A stretch of 64,000 nucleotides of DNA, from the NCBI GenBank assembly GCA_963848965.1, contig CAWKFG010000001.1, positions 224,001 through 288,000 of the forward strand. Direction: 5' to 3'. Position numbers and translations under genes: made by a program. The stretch's first letter is position 1. The number at the start of each line of letters is the position of its first letter. Positions 1 to 10,092 of the stretch are shown piece after piece. The notes below the pieces were generated by a model that was not told the DNA's origin, did no database searches, and was given only the letters and a program-made list of their open reading frames with translations. This DNA is from an uncultured bacterium. GTDB lineage: Bacteria; Babelota; Babeliae; Babelales; Babelaceae.

Positions 1-1596
1 GCAGGTATAAATGTTAATACTAGTGATCTAAAGATAGGATCTTCTGCTCTTATGTATGCAGCACAAAACGGTCGTGCTAAAGCTGTTAAAGCGCTTATTA
101 AGGCAGGAGCTGACGTTAGTATGGAAGACAAGGAAGGACAAAATGCTCTCTATATAGCAGTTGATACGCCGTTTAGTATTGACGCTAATACGCTTGATGA
201 GTATGGTTGTCATAAGGAAGTAGTACAAGCGCTTATTGAAGCAGGAGCTGTATTCAAGTCTCCTCATCGTGAAGATATAACTGATGAGCAACAGCAACTT
301 AACAATAATATGACAAATGCTATTTTGCATGGTGATAAGGATACTGTTAAAAAGCTTCTTGATAATGGTTTTGCTTGCAACCAGTTTCTTTTCGATTTTT
401 CTGCGTACGCCTTAGGTAGTGGATGTGAACCTCTTCTTCTTGCCTGTTTTGTAGGAGATGCTTCTTTAGTAAAAGAATTATTAAATCGTAAAGGTGAATT
501 TGATTTTGAAGAAATCTATGATCTGAAAGAGTTAATAACCTTATTAGCAGCTAATGGAAATGCTGAAGTAATAGAGCTTTTACTGACATGGTATAACGAA
601 AGAGCATCTGTTCCTGTAAAGGTAAGTGAGCAAGCTTTATACTTTGCGCTTAGAAATAAGCATGTTGAGCTTGTTAAAAAGTTTGCTGTAGACTGTGAAT
701 TTGATGATTGGCATATGAAGGAGTATGCTGTTTTTACAGGACAGCAAGAAATTGTAAAGAGACTTCTTGAAGCAGGCGCGGACGTTTGTGGAACATATAT
801 TTTTCATTATGCTGTTATGTCTAAAAATTTAGCAACGGTAGCATTGCTTACCCCAACAGCTTTTGCTAGTAATCTCGTTACGAGGCCTTTAAGAGTAAGC
901 GAATTACTAGATACTGTAGTATTAAGTAAGATTTTTAAAAATATCTATTTAGCTGATGGAGAACAAACGATTACTCCAATACAAATTGCACAAAAAGTAC
1001 ATTCTCAAGAACTAGTACACTTCTTACAAGCATGTCTAGATGAGGATCTCAAAGAATATCTTCAAAATCCAGAAGCATATGTTAAAGGGTATCTAGCGCA
1101 GTGCTCTTCTTCAAAAACGTTGGTATATAATAAATTTGGTCAAACGCCGCTTATATGGGCATGTATATTTAATCATAAGAGTATAGTACAGCTTTTACTT
1201 AATCAGCTCCCTGAATGTTTACATGCTGTTGATAGTTATGGCAGAACAGCACTTGTATATGCTATACAATGTGGAAACACTGAGATAGTCTCTTTCTTGT
1301 TAGATGCTTACGAAAAAGAAAATAGCAAAAAAGCTTATGAAGATAAGCGAGTAAGCAGCATAAATTATTTTGATAAAGAAGGTAATAATGCTCTATGCTA
1401 TGCAGCAGCTCAAGGAAACATGAATCTTGTTACGCAGCTTTTAAAAGCAGGTGCTTATCCTACAGCTCAAGCGATTAAGCTTGCTGCAATACATGGTCAT
1501 AAAGAGTTGGTACTAAAGCTTTTGGCTTTAATGAGTGAGTATGCGCGAATTGGAAACCTTCCTATGAAGGGTAAAGAATTTCCTAAACTTTATTAA
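1..1596 (+). CDS. Ankyrin-repeat protein, 5'-truncated by the window edge
   Basis: Frame 1 is open from base 1 (AGINVNTSDLKIGSSALMYAAQNG...). Multiple ankyrin motifs: GQTPLIWAC, YGRTALVYAIQCG, EGNNALCYAAAQG. Confidence 0.9.
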   Translation, partial: AGINVNTSDLKIGSSALMYAAQNGRAKAVKALIKAGADVSMEDKEGQNALYIAVDTPFSIDANTLDEYGCHKEVVQALIEAGAVFKSPHREDITDEQQQLNNNMTNAILHGDKDTVKKLLDNGFACNQFLFDFSAYALGSGCEPLLLACFVGDASLVKELLNRKGEFDFEEIYDLKELITLLAANGNAEVIELLLTWYNERASVPVKVSEQALYFALRNKHVELVKKFAVDCEFDDWHMKEYAVFTGQQEIVKRLLEAGADVCGTYIFHYAVMSKNLATVALLTPTAFASNLVTRPLRVSELLDTVVLSKIFKNIYLADGEQTITPIQIAQKVHSQELVHFLQACLDEDLKEYLQNPEAYVKGYLAQCSSSKTLVYNKFGQTPLIWACIFNHKSIVQLLLNQLPECLHAVDSYGRTALVYAIQCGNTEIVSFLLDAYEKENSKKAYEDKRVSSINYFDKEGNNALCYAAAQGNMNLVTQLLKAGAYPTAQAIKLAAIHGHKELVLKLLALMSEYARIGNLPMKGKEFPKLY

Positions 1597-1612
1597 ATCT
1601 TAGATAAACAGT

Positions 1613-1644
1613 ACACGCCTGCTCACAGAGTAGGCGTGTTTTTT
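1613..1644 (+). terminator. Intrinsic terminator after the ankyrin gene
   Basis: Stem ACACGCCTGCTC/GAGTAGGCGTGT followed by a T run; overlaps the last codons of the convergent lnt gene. Confidence 0.65.
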
Positions 1645-3005
1645 AGCGTCCATTGTTGCCCTTGAGCATCATAGAGATAAGAATGGGTATACGAGACATA
1701 GACAATAGTACGTTGCCATTCAAGTGCACGAAAGCGATGCATGAATTGCATAAGACGTTTAATATAAGAAGCTTCAATCCATGTATCATTGCATAAAGAT
1801 AGAATCCTTGCTTGAATGTCATCAGGATAAGCTTTAAAGAAAATCTCTGAACATATATAAGGCACAAATGTCAACGTAGGTGTTATAACAAATGGCTCAC
1901 GTTTGTTGCAAGAAGGAGTAATAAAGGGTTTATTCTCTTTATAATAGAGCTGCTTTAAAGAAGAAGTATGAGCCCACTGAGGAAGACGTTCTGTAAGTAG
2001 TAATGCATGCTTTTTACAAAAGAATTTTTGGATTACGCCATCATATATCCAATATACAGCATTAGAGCAGATAGTATTTTCTTTGTAGAGTGCTCCTGTA
2101 ATAATATGCATCTGTCGAGAAAGATGTTCTTGATCCCATGCTTTAAGTAGTTCTCTATGAGCAAAAAGGTCACAAAGATAGAGTGCTGATTCTGGTAAGA
2201 TTATAAGTTCAATAAAAGGGTTCTCTTGAATAAGAGTTTTGAGTCTTTGTGCAACTTCTGCAATAGTACGTGCGGGGTTGCCAGGGTTATAAAAGCTTTC
2301 TGGTAGTATAGCTATTTTTGAGAGCCACTCAGGACGGTTGAAAGACGTATGGTAGAGACTTTGACTTATAAGCCAAGGAAAAAGCGCAGCTATAGCAACG
2401 AATAATTTTTTACGGCTGTCTTTTATAAGAAATAAAGCTCCTAATAGACTAGAAGAAGCGAGAAAAACGCCTGTGAGTATATGCTTACCAAAAACAGGAA
2501 GTATTGTTAAAAAAGGGGGATATGATGCAAGCGGTAATAAAGGATGTGCAAGTGGATATCCTTCAAAAGAGCCAAAGATCCATAAAACAAGTTGATCAAT
2601 AGTAAAAATATACAACCAACTGAATGTAACCCATAACAAAAGCTGTAAAAACGAAGATGTACTATATCTTTTAATAAAATTTATGCTCCAAAACCATATG
2701 CCACTATAACAAGCTGCGTAAAGAATAAGTAAAAACAGTGTTCCTACTAACATAATAAACGAGGTAGGTTTTCCTTGGGCCATATAAAACAGTGAATAAA
2801 ATATGCCGCTTGCCTGTAAGCTAAAAAAGAGGGTGCCCCATACTAAACCTTCTATAAAAGAAAGTTTGTAGGTAATCATCGTATAAAAAAGAAGAGCAAA
2901 TGGTACAAAAATAAGCCACCAAAGAGCTGCTATTATGAAAGTAAGCGCATAGAGAATTGCAGAAAGAGTTAGTAAGGTCCACTTATTAAAGAGCTGTACA
3001 TGCAT
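1623..3005 (-). CDS. lnt: Apolipoprotein N-acyltransferase
   Basis: Multi-TM N-terminal half plus nitrilase-fold domain with Glu-Lys-Cys triad motifs (ILPES, KKHALL, YICSEIF) and CNDTW. Confidence 0.8.
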   Translation of the reverse strand: MHVQLFNKWTLLTLSAILYALTFIIAALWWLIFVPFALLFYTMITYKLSFIEGLVWGTLFFSLQASGIFYSLFYMAQGKPTSFIMLVGTLFLLILYAACYSGIWFWSINFIKRYSTSSFLQLLLWVTFSWLYIFTIDQLVLWIFGSFEGYPLAHPLLPLASYPPFLTILPVFGKHILTGVFLASSSLLGALFLIKDSRKKLFVAIAALFPWLISQSLYHTSFNRPEWLSKIAILPESFYNPGNPARTIAEVAQRLKTLIQENPFIELIILPESALYLCDLFAHRELLKAWDQEHLSRQMHIITGALYKENTICSNAVYWIYDGVIQKFFCKKHALLLTERLPQWAHTSSLKQLYYKENKPFITPSCNKREPFVITPTLTFVPYICSEIFFKAYPDDIQARILSLCNDTWIEASYIKRLMQFMHRFRALEWQRTIVYVSYTHSYLYDAQGQQWTLKNTPTL

Positions 3006-3308
3006 GCGAGGATCCTTGCATAAAGAAGGCTTATCAAAAGAATAACTTTTTTTTTGTCGGGTGCTCTGCTATCTAGTGTAGTATCTGAATATTTCGAAGT
3101 AAAGAAATATGCTAGAGTTCTTTTAATATACATTTGTTTAAAAAAATGCAAGCATCTAGTTCTTAAGCTATCATGGTGGCACACAAAATTATTAGTTTTT
3201 CTGCAAATATGCTTCTAAAAGCTTTTTTCATACATGTTTATTTGCAAATTCTAAGAATCTGGTATACTAAAAGAATACAGTTCATCTATTTAATGCTTTA
3301 AGATACTC

Positions 3309-4001
3309 ATGATTACGATTAAAAGAAAATCAGATTTTGCAAGACACATGTACGAAAAAGAAGCATGGGCTCGCTCAGAGCTTGTATGTGGTATTGATGA
3401 AGTAGGACGGAGCTGTTTAGCAGGACCGGTTGTGGCTGCTGCTGCCATTTTAAAGCCTCATGTAAAGCATAAGTATCTTAAAGATTCAAAACTTTTAACT
3501 CATGAAGAGCGGCTTAAGGCCTATAAGTGGCTTATGAAAAATAGTACTTGGGCTGTAGGTATTATGCACCATCGAGTAATTGATGATGTTAATATTTACC
3601 AAGCTACGTTGCGCGCTATGAAGCGAGCATTAATGCAACTCTTTGCTCAATCTTCAGAGTATCCTTCTATTATTTTAGTTGATGCTATGCCGGTAGCTCT
3701 TGAGCACCTTGCTATTCCTATAGTTCATTTTCCTTATGGCGAACGGCAATCAGCTTCTATTGCTGCTGCTTCTATTATTGCTAAAGTAACAAGAGATGCT
3801 CTTATGGGCCGTCTTGGACAGGTTATTCCTGGCTATGTTTTTGAAGAAAATAAGGGCTATGGTACTCAAGCTCATAAAAAAGCTCTTAAGAGAGATGGAA
3901 CTACTATTATTCATCGTATAAGTTTTAAGTGGGAAAAAGAGACAACTCCCCCTCTAGGAGTTGCTGCTCTAAAGGAAGTACCCTTAGAACGAGAAATTTA
4001 A
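3309..4001 (+). CDS. rnhB: Ribonuclease HII
   Basis: GIDEVGRSCLAGPVVAAA, LKDSKLL, SIAAASIIAKVTRD and NKGYGT motifs. Confidence 0.97.
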   Translation: MITIKRKSDFARHMYEKEAWARSELVCGIDEVGRSCLAGPVVAAAAILKPHVKHKYLKDSKLLTHEERLKAYKWLMKNSTWAVGIMHHRVIDDVNIYQATLRAMKRALMQLFAQSSEYPSIILVDAMPVALEHLAIPIVHFPYGERQSASIAAASIIAKVTRDALMGRLGQVIPGYVFEENKGYGTQAHKKALKRDGTTIIHRISFKWEKETTPPLGVAALKEVPLEREI

Positions 4002-4154
4002 GTAACTGCGCACAGGAGAGGATTTGCGCTTTCTATAGGATAGAGGGGGATTGATAAGAGAAACTGTATATACTCCTCGCTTAAGGACCTTTGCCTCAGT
4101 GCGTTGAGTTTTCTTTTTTCTAACGGGTACATATAATACTGCGTGGCTTATCAT
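3984..4154 (-). CDS. Putative small basic protein (56 aa)
   Basis: ATG at 4154 with AGGA 6 nt upstream; TTGACA-N16-TATTCT upstream (~4200-4227); hairpin CAACTCC/GGAGTTG at 3943-3963 plus a T-rich tail downstream. No recognisable homology. Confidence 0.4.
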   Translation of the reverse strand: MISHAVLYVPVRKKKTQRTEAKVLKRGVYTVSLINPPLSYRKRKSSPVRSYLNFSF

Positions 4155-4343
4155 ACTATATCCTTTACTTTTAATATGCTTTGGCTCACTACTACTATAT
4201 AGAATATCGCTTTCCCCTAAATTGTCAACAGGTAATGCAAATAGTAAAGAATATGCATGAAGGGCTAGAATTTCTGCCCTTTTAAGCAAGAAGAGACTTT
4301 AACAGGAATAAGAAGTCTCCTATTGCCTTTAGGTAGAGGTAGT

Positions 4344-5357
4344 TTACCCATTCATGGGTCGTAGCTCTATATAGTTACCCCCTTTTTTGAGAGAGATACG
4401 TATGGTTATTGGTCGAACAAACGTATCTGTGCCTAAATGTTTAGGTATAGGAGGTAGATCAAGCTTTGAAAAGAATGAAGCGAGATAGTCATCAACTATT
4501 TTTACTCCTGTAAAAGGCGTAGGTCCTTCTACTGTAAAGCTGCCATCTTGAGCTATTACAAGACGAACAAAAAGTAGTTCTTTTACATCTTCTTGTGCAT
4601 GGAGATACCCTTGAGAAAGGCGGCATGCTCGTAGAAGAGCATGGCTAATTTTCTGCTCATAATTAGACGTCTTTAATTCGTCAAGTTGCTCTTGTACATG
4701 AGCAGGTGCTTGGCTCTTTGTTTGACTTCTAGGGCTTTGAGTATAGGTTCCTGTGCGAGCTGCATTTTGAAATGCTTTTACAAAGAATGCTGCTGTAAGG
4801 CCGGGCGGTAGATTTGTTGTTTTCTTTTTTCTTCTCCGAGGGCGTGATGCAGGATGATGTGTTGGCACAGTTCCTTTTTCTGTTAATAGAGGTACGGTAT
4901 ATGGTTCTTGAGAAGGACTACCGGTCTCTTTTTGAGAAGAATGAGCTTCATCAGCAGTTTCAGGAGCACTATCAGCTTCTAGATGAGCAGTAGTATCGTT
5001 TTGAGTTGCCTCTGGAGATACTTGTATGAGAGGATCTATAACAGGCACAGTTGACTCTCGACGTTCTACGATAGACTCTTGTGGATCTTCTAATGGAGTT
5101 GGTAGTTCAAGAGGCGTATCGGCTACTAGGGGCTGAAGTGCTGGAAGAGGCTCTTTTGGTAATGGCGGTAAAGGTACACGGTTATCAAACGATAGAGGAG
5201 CTGGTATTCGTTTGTTCTCTGAATTGCTTTCTAATGTGTTTTCTATTTTACTTAGTTTAAGCGTAGTATAGACGAACCAAAGAAGTAGAAGGCAGTGTAA
5301 TAAAAGAGAAAAGATAAAGGACGTATATTTTCTTTTCGATCGAGCACTTATATCCAT
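4344..5357 (-). CDS. TonB/TolA-like membrane-anchored protein
   Basis: N-terminal TM with SLLLH motif, Pro/Glu-rich linker, C-terminal domain resembling TonB/TolA C-terminus. Confidence 0.55.
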   Translation of the reverse strand: MDISARSKRKYTSFIFSLLLHCLLLLWFVYTTLKLSKIENTLESNSENKRIPAPLSFDNRVPLPPLPKEPLPALQPLVADTPLELPTPLEDPQESIVERRESTVPVIDPLIQVSPEATQNDTTAHLEADSAPETADEAHSSQKETGSPSQEPYTVPLLTEKGTVPTHHPASRPRRRKKKTTNLPPGLTAAFFVKAFQNAARTGTYTQSPRSQTKSQAPAHVQEQLDELKTSNYEQKISHALLRACRLSQGYLHAQEDVKELLFVRLVIAQDGSFTVEGPTPFTGVKIVDDYLASFFSKLDLPPIPKHLGTDTFVRPITIRISLKKGGNYIELRPMNG

Positions 5358-5447
5358 TACAAGCCAATAGTTAAAAGGTATACCATTTGCCCTAGTATAC
5401 TCTAAGTAAAAAGGAATTAGCTAGTTTCTGGTAATAAAAGGAAATAT

Positions 5448-6047
5448 ATGGTCATACTAACACAAAATTTTTATGATCGAGACACTGCGCAAGTTGCTTA
5501 TGATCTTTTAGGTAAGCGCATTATACGTGTTCTTGATGGCACCTATTTAGAAGGAATTATTGCAGAAACAGAAGCATATCATTCTGAAGATCCTGCGAGC
5601 CATTCGTATAGAGGCCAAACTGACCGTAATAAATCTATGTTTGGACCCGTTGGTCATACGTATGTATACCTTAGCTATGGATTACATTACTGCTTAAATA
5701 TTGTAGCTCGAGATAGTACTAGGTATCCTTCTGGGGCAATGCTTATTCGGGCCTTTATTCCTACGTGTGGTCAAGAGAGAATGGAAAAGAACCGAAGAAA
5801 ACAAGTTTCTTTTCTTGTAAGTGGGCCAGGCAATGTTACACAAGCACTGGCTATTACAAAAGCCCATGATGGTAGTGATGTTACAAAAAGTAACTCTCCT
5901 CTCTTTATTACAGAAGGTATAGTGATAGATCCTCGTTCAATTGATGCGACAAAACGTATTGGTATTTCTGTAGCTCAAGAGGTATTATGGCGATTTGTGA
6001 TTAATAAGCCTACCTGTGAACGTATTTACGAAGATTTTTTGGAATAA
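5448..6047 (+). CDS. mpg: DNA-3-methyladenine glycosylase (AAG/MPG family)
   Basis: IAETEAY, DPASHS, MFGPVGHTYVYLSYGLHYCLN, LIRA, SGPG and RIGIS motifs. Confidence 0.95.
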   Translation: MVILTQNFYDRDTAQVAYDLLGKRIIRVLDGTYLEGIIAETEAYHSEDPASHSYRGQTDRNKSMFGPVGHTYVYLSYGLHYCLNIVARDSTRYPSGAMLIRAFIPTCGQERMEKNRRKQVSFLVSGPGNVTQALAITKAHDGSDVTKSNSPLFITEGIVIDPRSIDATKRIGISVAQEVLWRFVINKPTCERIYEDFLE

Positions 6048-6166
6048 CAGTAATATATGCTCATTGTTCAATAACATAATATGCTATATACTTATATAAA
6101 GTACTTTCGTGCTTTAAAAAAGTATTCGTTTGAGATGACCGGTTTCCACGCTTACGGAGTTTACGA

Positions 6167-7723
6167 ATGAAATTCTTTTGTATTGCAGGGCCTATTAAGC
6201 CAGAAATTCATTACTTTGTTCCTCATCGTCTTGATGTTAAGCCTTTAGAGAGACTCATAGATGAGATGCATTACTTTGTATTTCATGCTCCTCGTCAAAC
6301 TGGTAAGACTACGTCGGTAAAGGAGTTTATTCGTTATCTTAACGATAGTGGTAGATATTCAGCACTTTACATAAACATTGAACCGGCACAAGCTGCACGT
6401 GATAATGTAAAAGAGGCTCTTATTGCTATTGTAGAGGAACTAGCAGTTGCTATCGAAGAATATCTGTATAACGATCGTAAGGTTGCGCAGCATTTGAAAG
6501 ATATGATTAGAATCCATCCTGTTACTTTGAATCTTTTAGTGAATGCTTTACGCTTTATAGCCGAGTTGTGTCCAAAGCCAGTTATCCTGTTTATTGATGA
6601 AATAGATTCCTTAATTGGAGACTCACTGCTTTCTGTGCTTAGGCAGATAAGAGCTGGTTTTGGTGAAAGGCCTCACCGATTTCCGCAGTCAATATGCCTT
6701 ATTGGTCTTAGAGATGTAAGGGACTATAGAGTATGGTCTAAAGCATCTGGGGTATATGTCTCTACAAGTAGTCCCTTTAATATTAAGACTGAATCGTTAA
6801 CGCTTTCTAACTTTACTTATGAGCAGGTCAAACACCTTTATCTACAGCATACAACAGAAACTGGACAGCAATTTACAGATGAAGCAATAGACTATGCTTA
6901 CTACTTAACGCAAGGACAACCATGGCTGGTGAATGCTCTTGCTTACCAGGCCTGTTTTAGAGATGTTGCTGATAGAACTATATCTATTACCAAAGAAATA
7001 ATTGAACAATCTAAAAATCAGCTTATTGCTCGTAAAGATACACATTTGGATTCTCTTGTAGATAAACTTAATGAAGAAAGAGTGAGAAAGGTTATAGATA
7101 CTATTATTTCAGGAGAAGTTATTAAGCCGGAGTATATTCAAGATGATGTGCAGTATACGATAGATCTTGGTCTTATCTCTATTAAAGCAGGTAATTTGGC
7201 TATTGCTAATCCCATCTACCAAGAAATAATACCTGCTGTACTTGCTTACACGTTTCAATACAGTATTGTTGAAGAATTAGCTTGGTATAAACGTCTGGAT
7301 GGTTCTCTGGATATGAGTAAGTTGCTTGAATCCTTTACTCAGTTTTTTAGGGAAAATGCAGATGCATGGCTTTCGGATTTTAACTATAAAGAATCAGGTC
7401 CCCATATTCTTATGCTTGCATTTTTGCAAAGAGTGATTAATGGTGGAGGTACCATACATCGAGAATATGCTCTTGGAAGAAAACGTGTAGATCTTTTAAT
7501 TGCTTGGAAAAAGCAAAGAATAGTTATTGAACTTAAGATAAAGCGTGGTGAAGATACACTTAAGCACGGCCTCCAGCAAACAGCAGAGTACATGGATCTT
7601 TGTGGTGCTCATGAAGGACATCTTGTTATTTTTGATAAAGATCCTTGTAAGTCTTGGACTGAGAAAATTTCACAAGAGCTTCTTGTATATAATGCTAAAA
7701 AAATTCATGTCTGGACTCTCTAA
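6167..7723 (+). CDS. AAA-like ATPase with C-terminal PD-(D/E)XK nuclease-like domain
   Basis: Walker A APRQTGKT, Walker B ILFIDEID, SPFNI, GQPWLVN; C-terminal REY-RVDL-IELK-QTAEY. Confidence 0.85.
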   Translation: MKFFCIAGPIKPEIHYFVPHRLDVKPLERLIDEMHYFVFHAPRQTGKTTSVKEFIRYLNDSGRYSALYINIEPAQAARDNVKEALIAIVEELAVAIEEYLYNDRKVAQHLKDMIRIHPVTLNLLVNALRFIAELCPKPVILFIDEIDSLIGDSLLSVLRQIRAGFGERPHRFPQSICLIGLRDVRDYRVWSKASGVYVSTSSPFNIKTESLTLSNFTYEQVKHLYLQHTTETGQQFTDEAIDYAYYLTQGQPWLVNALAYQACFRDVADRTISITKEIIEQSKNQLIARKDTHLDSLVDKLNEERVRKVIDTIISGEVIKPEYIQDDVQYTIDLGLISIKAGNLAIANPIYQEIIPAVLAYTFQYSIVEELAWYKRLDGSLDMSKLLESFTQFFRENADAWLSDFNYKESGPHILMLAFLQRVINGGGTIHREYALGRKRVDLLIAWKKQRIVIELKIKRGEDTLKHGLQQTAEYMDLCGAHEGHLVIFDKDPCKSWTEKISQELLVYNAKKIHVWTL

Positions 7724-7819
7724 TAAGAATTGCACGTCTTAAAATATTGCGATGTTAAGCATGTAAAGAGTATACTTAAGATAAATAATCTATATAACAT
7801 CTAATTAAGGAGTACTCTT

Positions 7820-8179
7820 ATGAAGAAATGTCTTATTATGGCTCTAGCTTTAGGAATGGCAGCACCTCTTTTTTCAATGGAACCTGGTCAATCTGGAGTT
7901 TCAAATCCTTTCCGTATAGAACGAGCAAAAAAAAGAGCTATGCTAGAAGCTACAAGGCAACAGCTTATGGCTGTTATTCAGCAGTTGGAAGGTAACCTCA
8001 AAGCACAGCAAGTTCAGACAGTTTTTGGAAGACCAAGACCTGATCTTACTGCTCTACAAACGCAGGTAGCAGTTCTTAGACAACAGCTTGCTGGTGTCGA
8101 AAAAGAGCTTGTTGCTTTAACACAACAAGGCCCTGGTCTAGCTCGTGGACAGCAACAACGTACACAAAGCACTCGATAA
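7820..8179 (+). CDS. Hypothetical secreted Gln-rich coiled-coil protein
   Basis: AAGGAG RBS, signal peptide ending PLFS-ME, heptad Leu/Gln pattern. Confidence 0.75.
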   Translation: MKKCLIMALALGMAAPLFSMEPGQSGVSNPFRIERAKKRAMLEATRQQLMAVIQQLEGNLKAQQVQTVFGRPRPDLTALQTQVAVLRQQLAGVEKELVALTQQGPGLARGQQQRTQSTR

Positions 8180-8185
8180 AAAGAT

Positions 8186-8216
8186 AAAATCCTGGTCCTA
8201 AAAGCCAGGATTTTTT
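8186..8216 (+). terminator. Intrinsic terminator
   Basis: AAAATCCTGG/CCAGGATTTT stem followed by T run. Confidence 0.7.
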
Positions 8217-8368
8217 CGTGCTCTTTTAGTTTTGTTACCTTTATTATTTTACTAGAGCATAAATAGTTTTTGTTGGCACCCAAGAAATTTTTATTCCAAT
8301 TTGAAATTGTTGAAAATAGTTCTCTACTTATACTATACTAGAATATGAATACAGTAAGGGGGTAGATT

Positions 8369-8926
8369 ATGAAAAAGTTTCTTTTGTGTATATCGCTCAC
8401 TATAGGGCTCTATACAAAGGTTGTGGAAGCTGCTGATATAAAATCAGTAGCTGTCTTTCTTGATAATGTTAAACATTTAGTGACTCGAGTAATGAGTGCT
8501 TCGCAAGCGGTTCAAGAAGTTAAAACTTCTTTATCGGAAAAAGATCAAGATATACTTAATAGGGCTGCTAAAGAAGCAGCAGAACCAAAGAAAATATCGT
8601 GGTCGGATACACTTAAAAATGTTCTTGAATATGCAAAGCCTACAACAGATACGGTCATTGGTGGGGTGCGATTTGATGGTACTGAAGCTAAATTTCAACC
8701 GGGGATTATTATAGCGCTACTGAATATGGTAACGTCATTTCCAAAAGCATTGCCTGCTCATGAAAGCTTTAGTGGGGTAAGAAATTCATTTGCACGCGTA
8801 GCGCCAGTGGCTGCCAAACTTAATACTCAAGCACGAACCTTAGCTGTTCGTCTTGCTTATGTGTATACGATTATTACATCATTACAGCAGCTTGCAGCTT
8901 CTTTTTCTCCTAAACCGATAGATTAA
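8369..8926 (+). CDS. Hypothetical secreted protein
   Basis: Signal peptide MKKFLLCISLTIGLYTKVVEA; RBS-like AAGGGGG; no family recognised. Confidence 0.75.
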   Translation: MKKFLLCISLTIGLYTKVVEAADIKSVAVFLDNVKHLVTRVMSASQAVQEVKTSLSEKDQDILNRAAKEAAEPKKISWSDTLKNVLEYAKPTTDTVIGGVRFDGTEAKFQPGIIIALLNMVTSFPKALPAHESFSGVRNSFARVAPVAAKLNTQARTLAVRLAYVYTIITSLQQLAASFSPKPID

Positions 8927-9032
8927 TGCTCTCGTATAAGTAGAATAGTATAACAACTATAGATAAGCTTGCTCTTGGTATATGAGTTTGTTGGTAACGA
9001 AATAGGGCCTTTGTATTTTATAAGCTTCTTGC

Positions 9033-9098
9033 TTAAGTATGAGTACGTATATGCGCTCTTAAATTACTAGAAGAGGTAAAGGCTTTATCACATTCATT
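9033..9098 (-). pseudogene. Relic 3' end of a C2H2 zinc-finger gene
   Basis: Minus strand reads [21 protein letters not shown], followed by the same TAAGCAAGAAG 3' flank as intact array genes; out of frame with the upstream ORF. Confidence 0.75.
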
Positions 9099-9954
9099 AA
9101 GCTTGAGGACAGCGGTGCTTATCTAAGTATAGTTGTGCAGAAAAAGTTCTTTTACATTGTTTACATGTAGCTGTCTTTTGCTTTTCATGAGTAGTTTTAT
9201 GCGCTGCTAAATTAGCCGGATTAATGAACTTTTTATCACATTGGACACAGAGGTGCTGTGCTTCTTCTTTCTTATGTAGTGCTGGTTTGTTCTTGATCAG
9301 AATCTCAACCTCCATACTTTCTGAATCTTCATCTGTAAAAGAGGAATCTTCTCTGTCATTTAAATAATAGTCCTCATCGTCTGAAGAGTCGTACTTCTGC
9401 TTTTTCAATGGTCTGGCCTGCTGTACTTTTTTTAATGCCGCCTTATCCTTTGAATTAGTGCTAATCTGTGTGTCTTCTTTGTGAGGATTGTTAGGAATCC
9501 TACGTTTCTGATCTACCGCTTTAGCTAGCTTTTTGCTTGCTTTACTTGTAGAATTCTCGTTGTTTTGCTGACTTCTTACATTGCCTAGTGTTGATACCAT
9601 CCTCTTTACTAATAACATAGGAGACGGTGTTACAGAAGCTGTTAAGTTATTTTGTTTGTAATAGCTGTTATCGCCTTGAGATAGCGGCTGCTCTTGAAAA
9701 TCAGTTGTATATGATTCTTCTTCTGTCTCACTATCCGCGTGCTGCATGTTTTCTTTTTCTTCTGCGTGAAGGATGGTGATGTGTAATTCTAGATCTTCTT
9801 TTTGCGTAAATTGTAAAGAACATTGCTCACATGCGTATGCTAGCTCTTGATTACTCACTAAATCCTTTTGTCCTTCTGAGCATTGTTCCATTCCATAGAG
9901 AGTGGTTACTGTACCCCAGAGCAAAAGCATTACAATCTTATTCATAATTTCCAA
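9097..9954 (-). CDS. Secreted protein with three dispersed C2H2/C2HC zinc fingers and basic and acidic tracts
   Basis: Signal peptide ending LYG-ME; fingers CEQC..HITILH, CVQC..HKTTH, CKQC..HRC; PLKKQK basic patch; DSSDDED acidic tract. Confidence 0.85.
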   Translation of the reverse strand: MEIMNKIVMLLLWGTVTTLYGMEQCSEGQKDLVSNQELAYACEQCSLQFTQKEDLELHITILHAEEKENMQHADSETEEESYTTDFQEQPLSQGDNSYYKQNNLTASVTPSPMLLVKRMVSTLGNVRSQQNNENSTSKASKKLAKAVDQKRRIPNNPHKEDTQISTNSKDKAALKKVQQARPLKKQKYDSSDDEDYYLNDREDSSFTDEDSESMEVEILIKNKPALHKKEEAQHLCVQCDKKFINPANLAAHKTTHEKQKTATCKQCKRTFSAQLYLDKHRCPQA

Positions 9955-10092
9955 TTAATTTTAAAAGTACTTTTACTAGTACAATAGAGTTCTTATCATT
10001 CATATCATTATACTATAGCCTATGATTTTAATTATAATTTGTCAATAATAAAAGTATTGGGACATCAGCTACGCAGAGCATTAAGCCGTATT

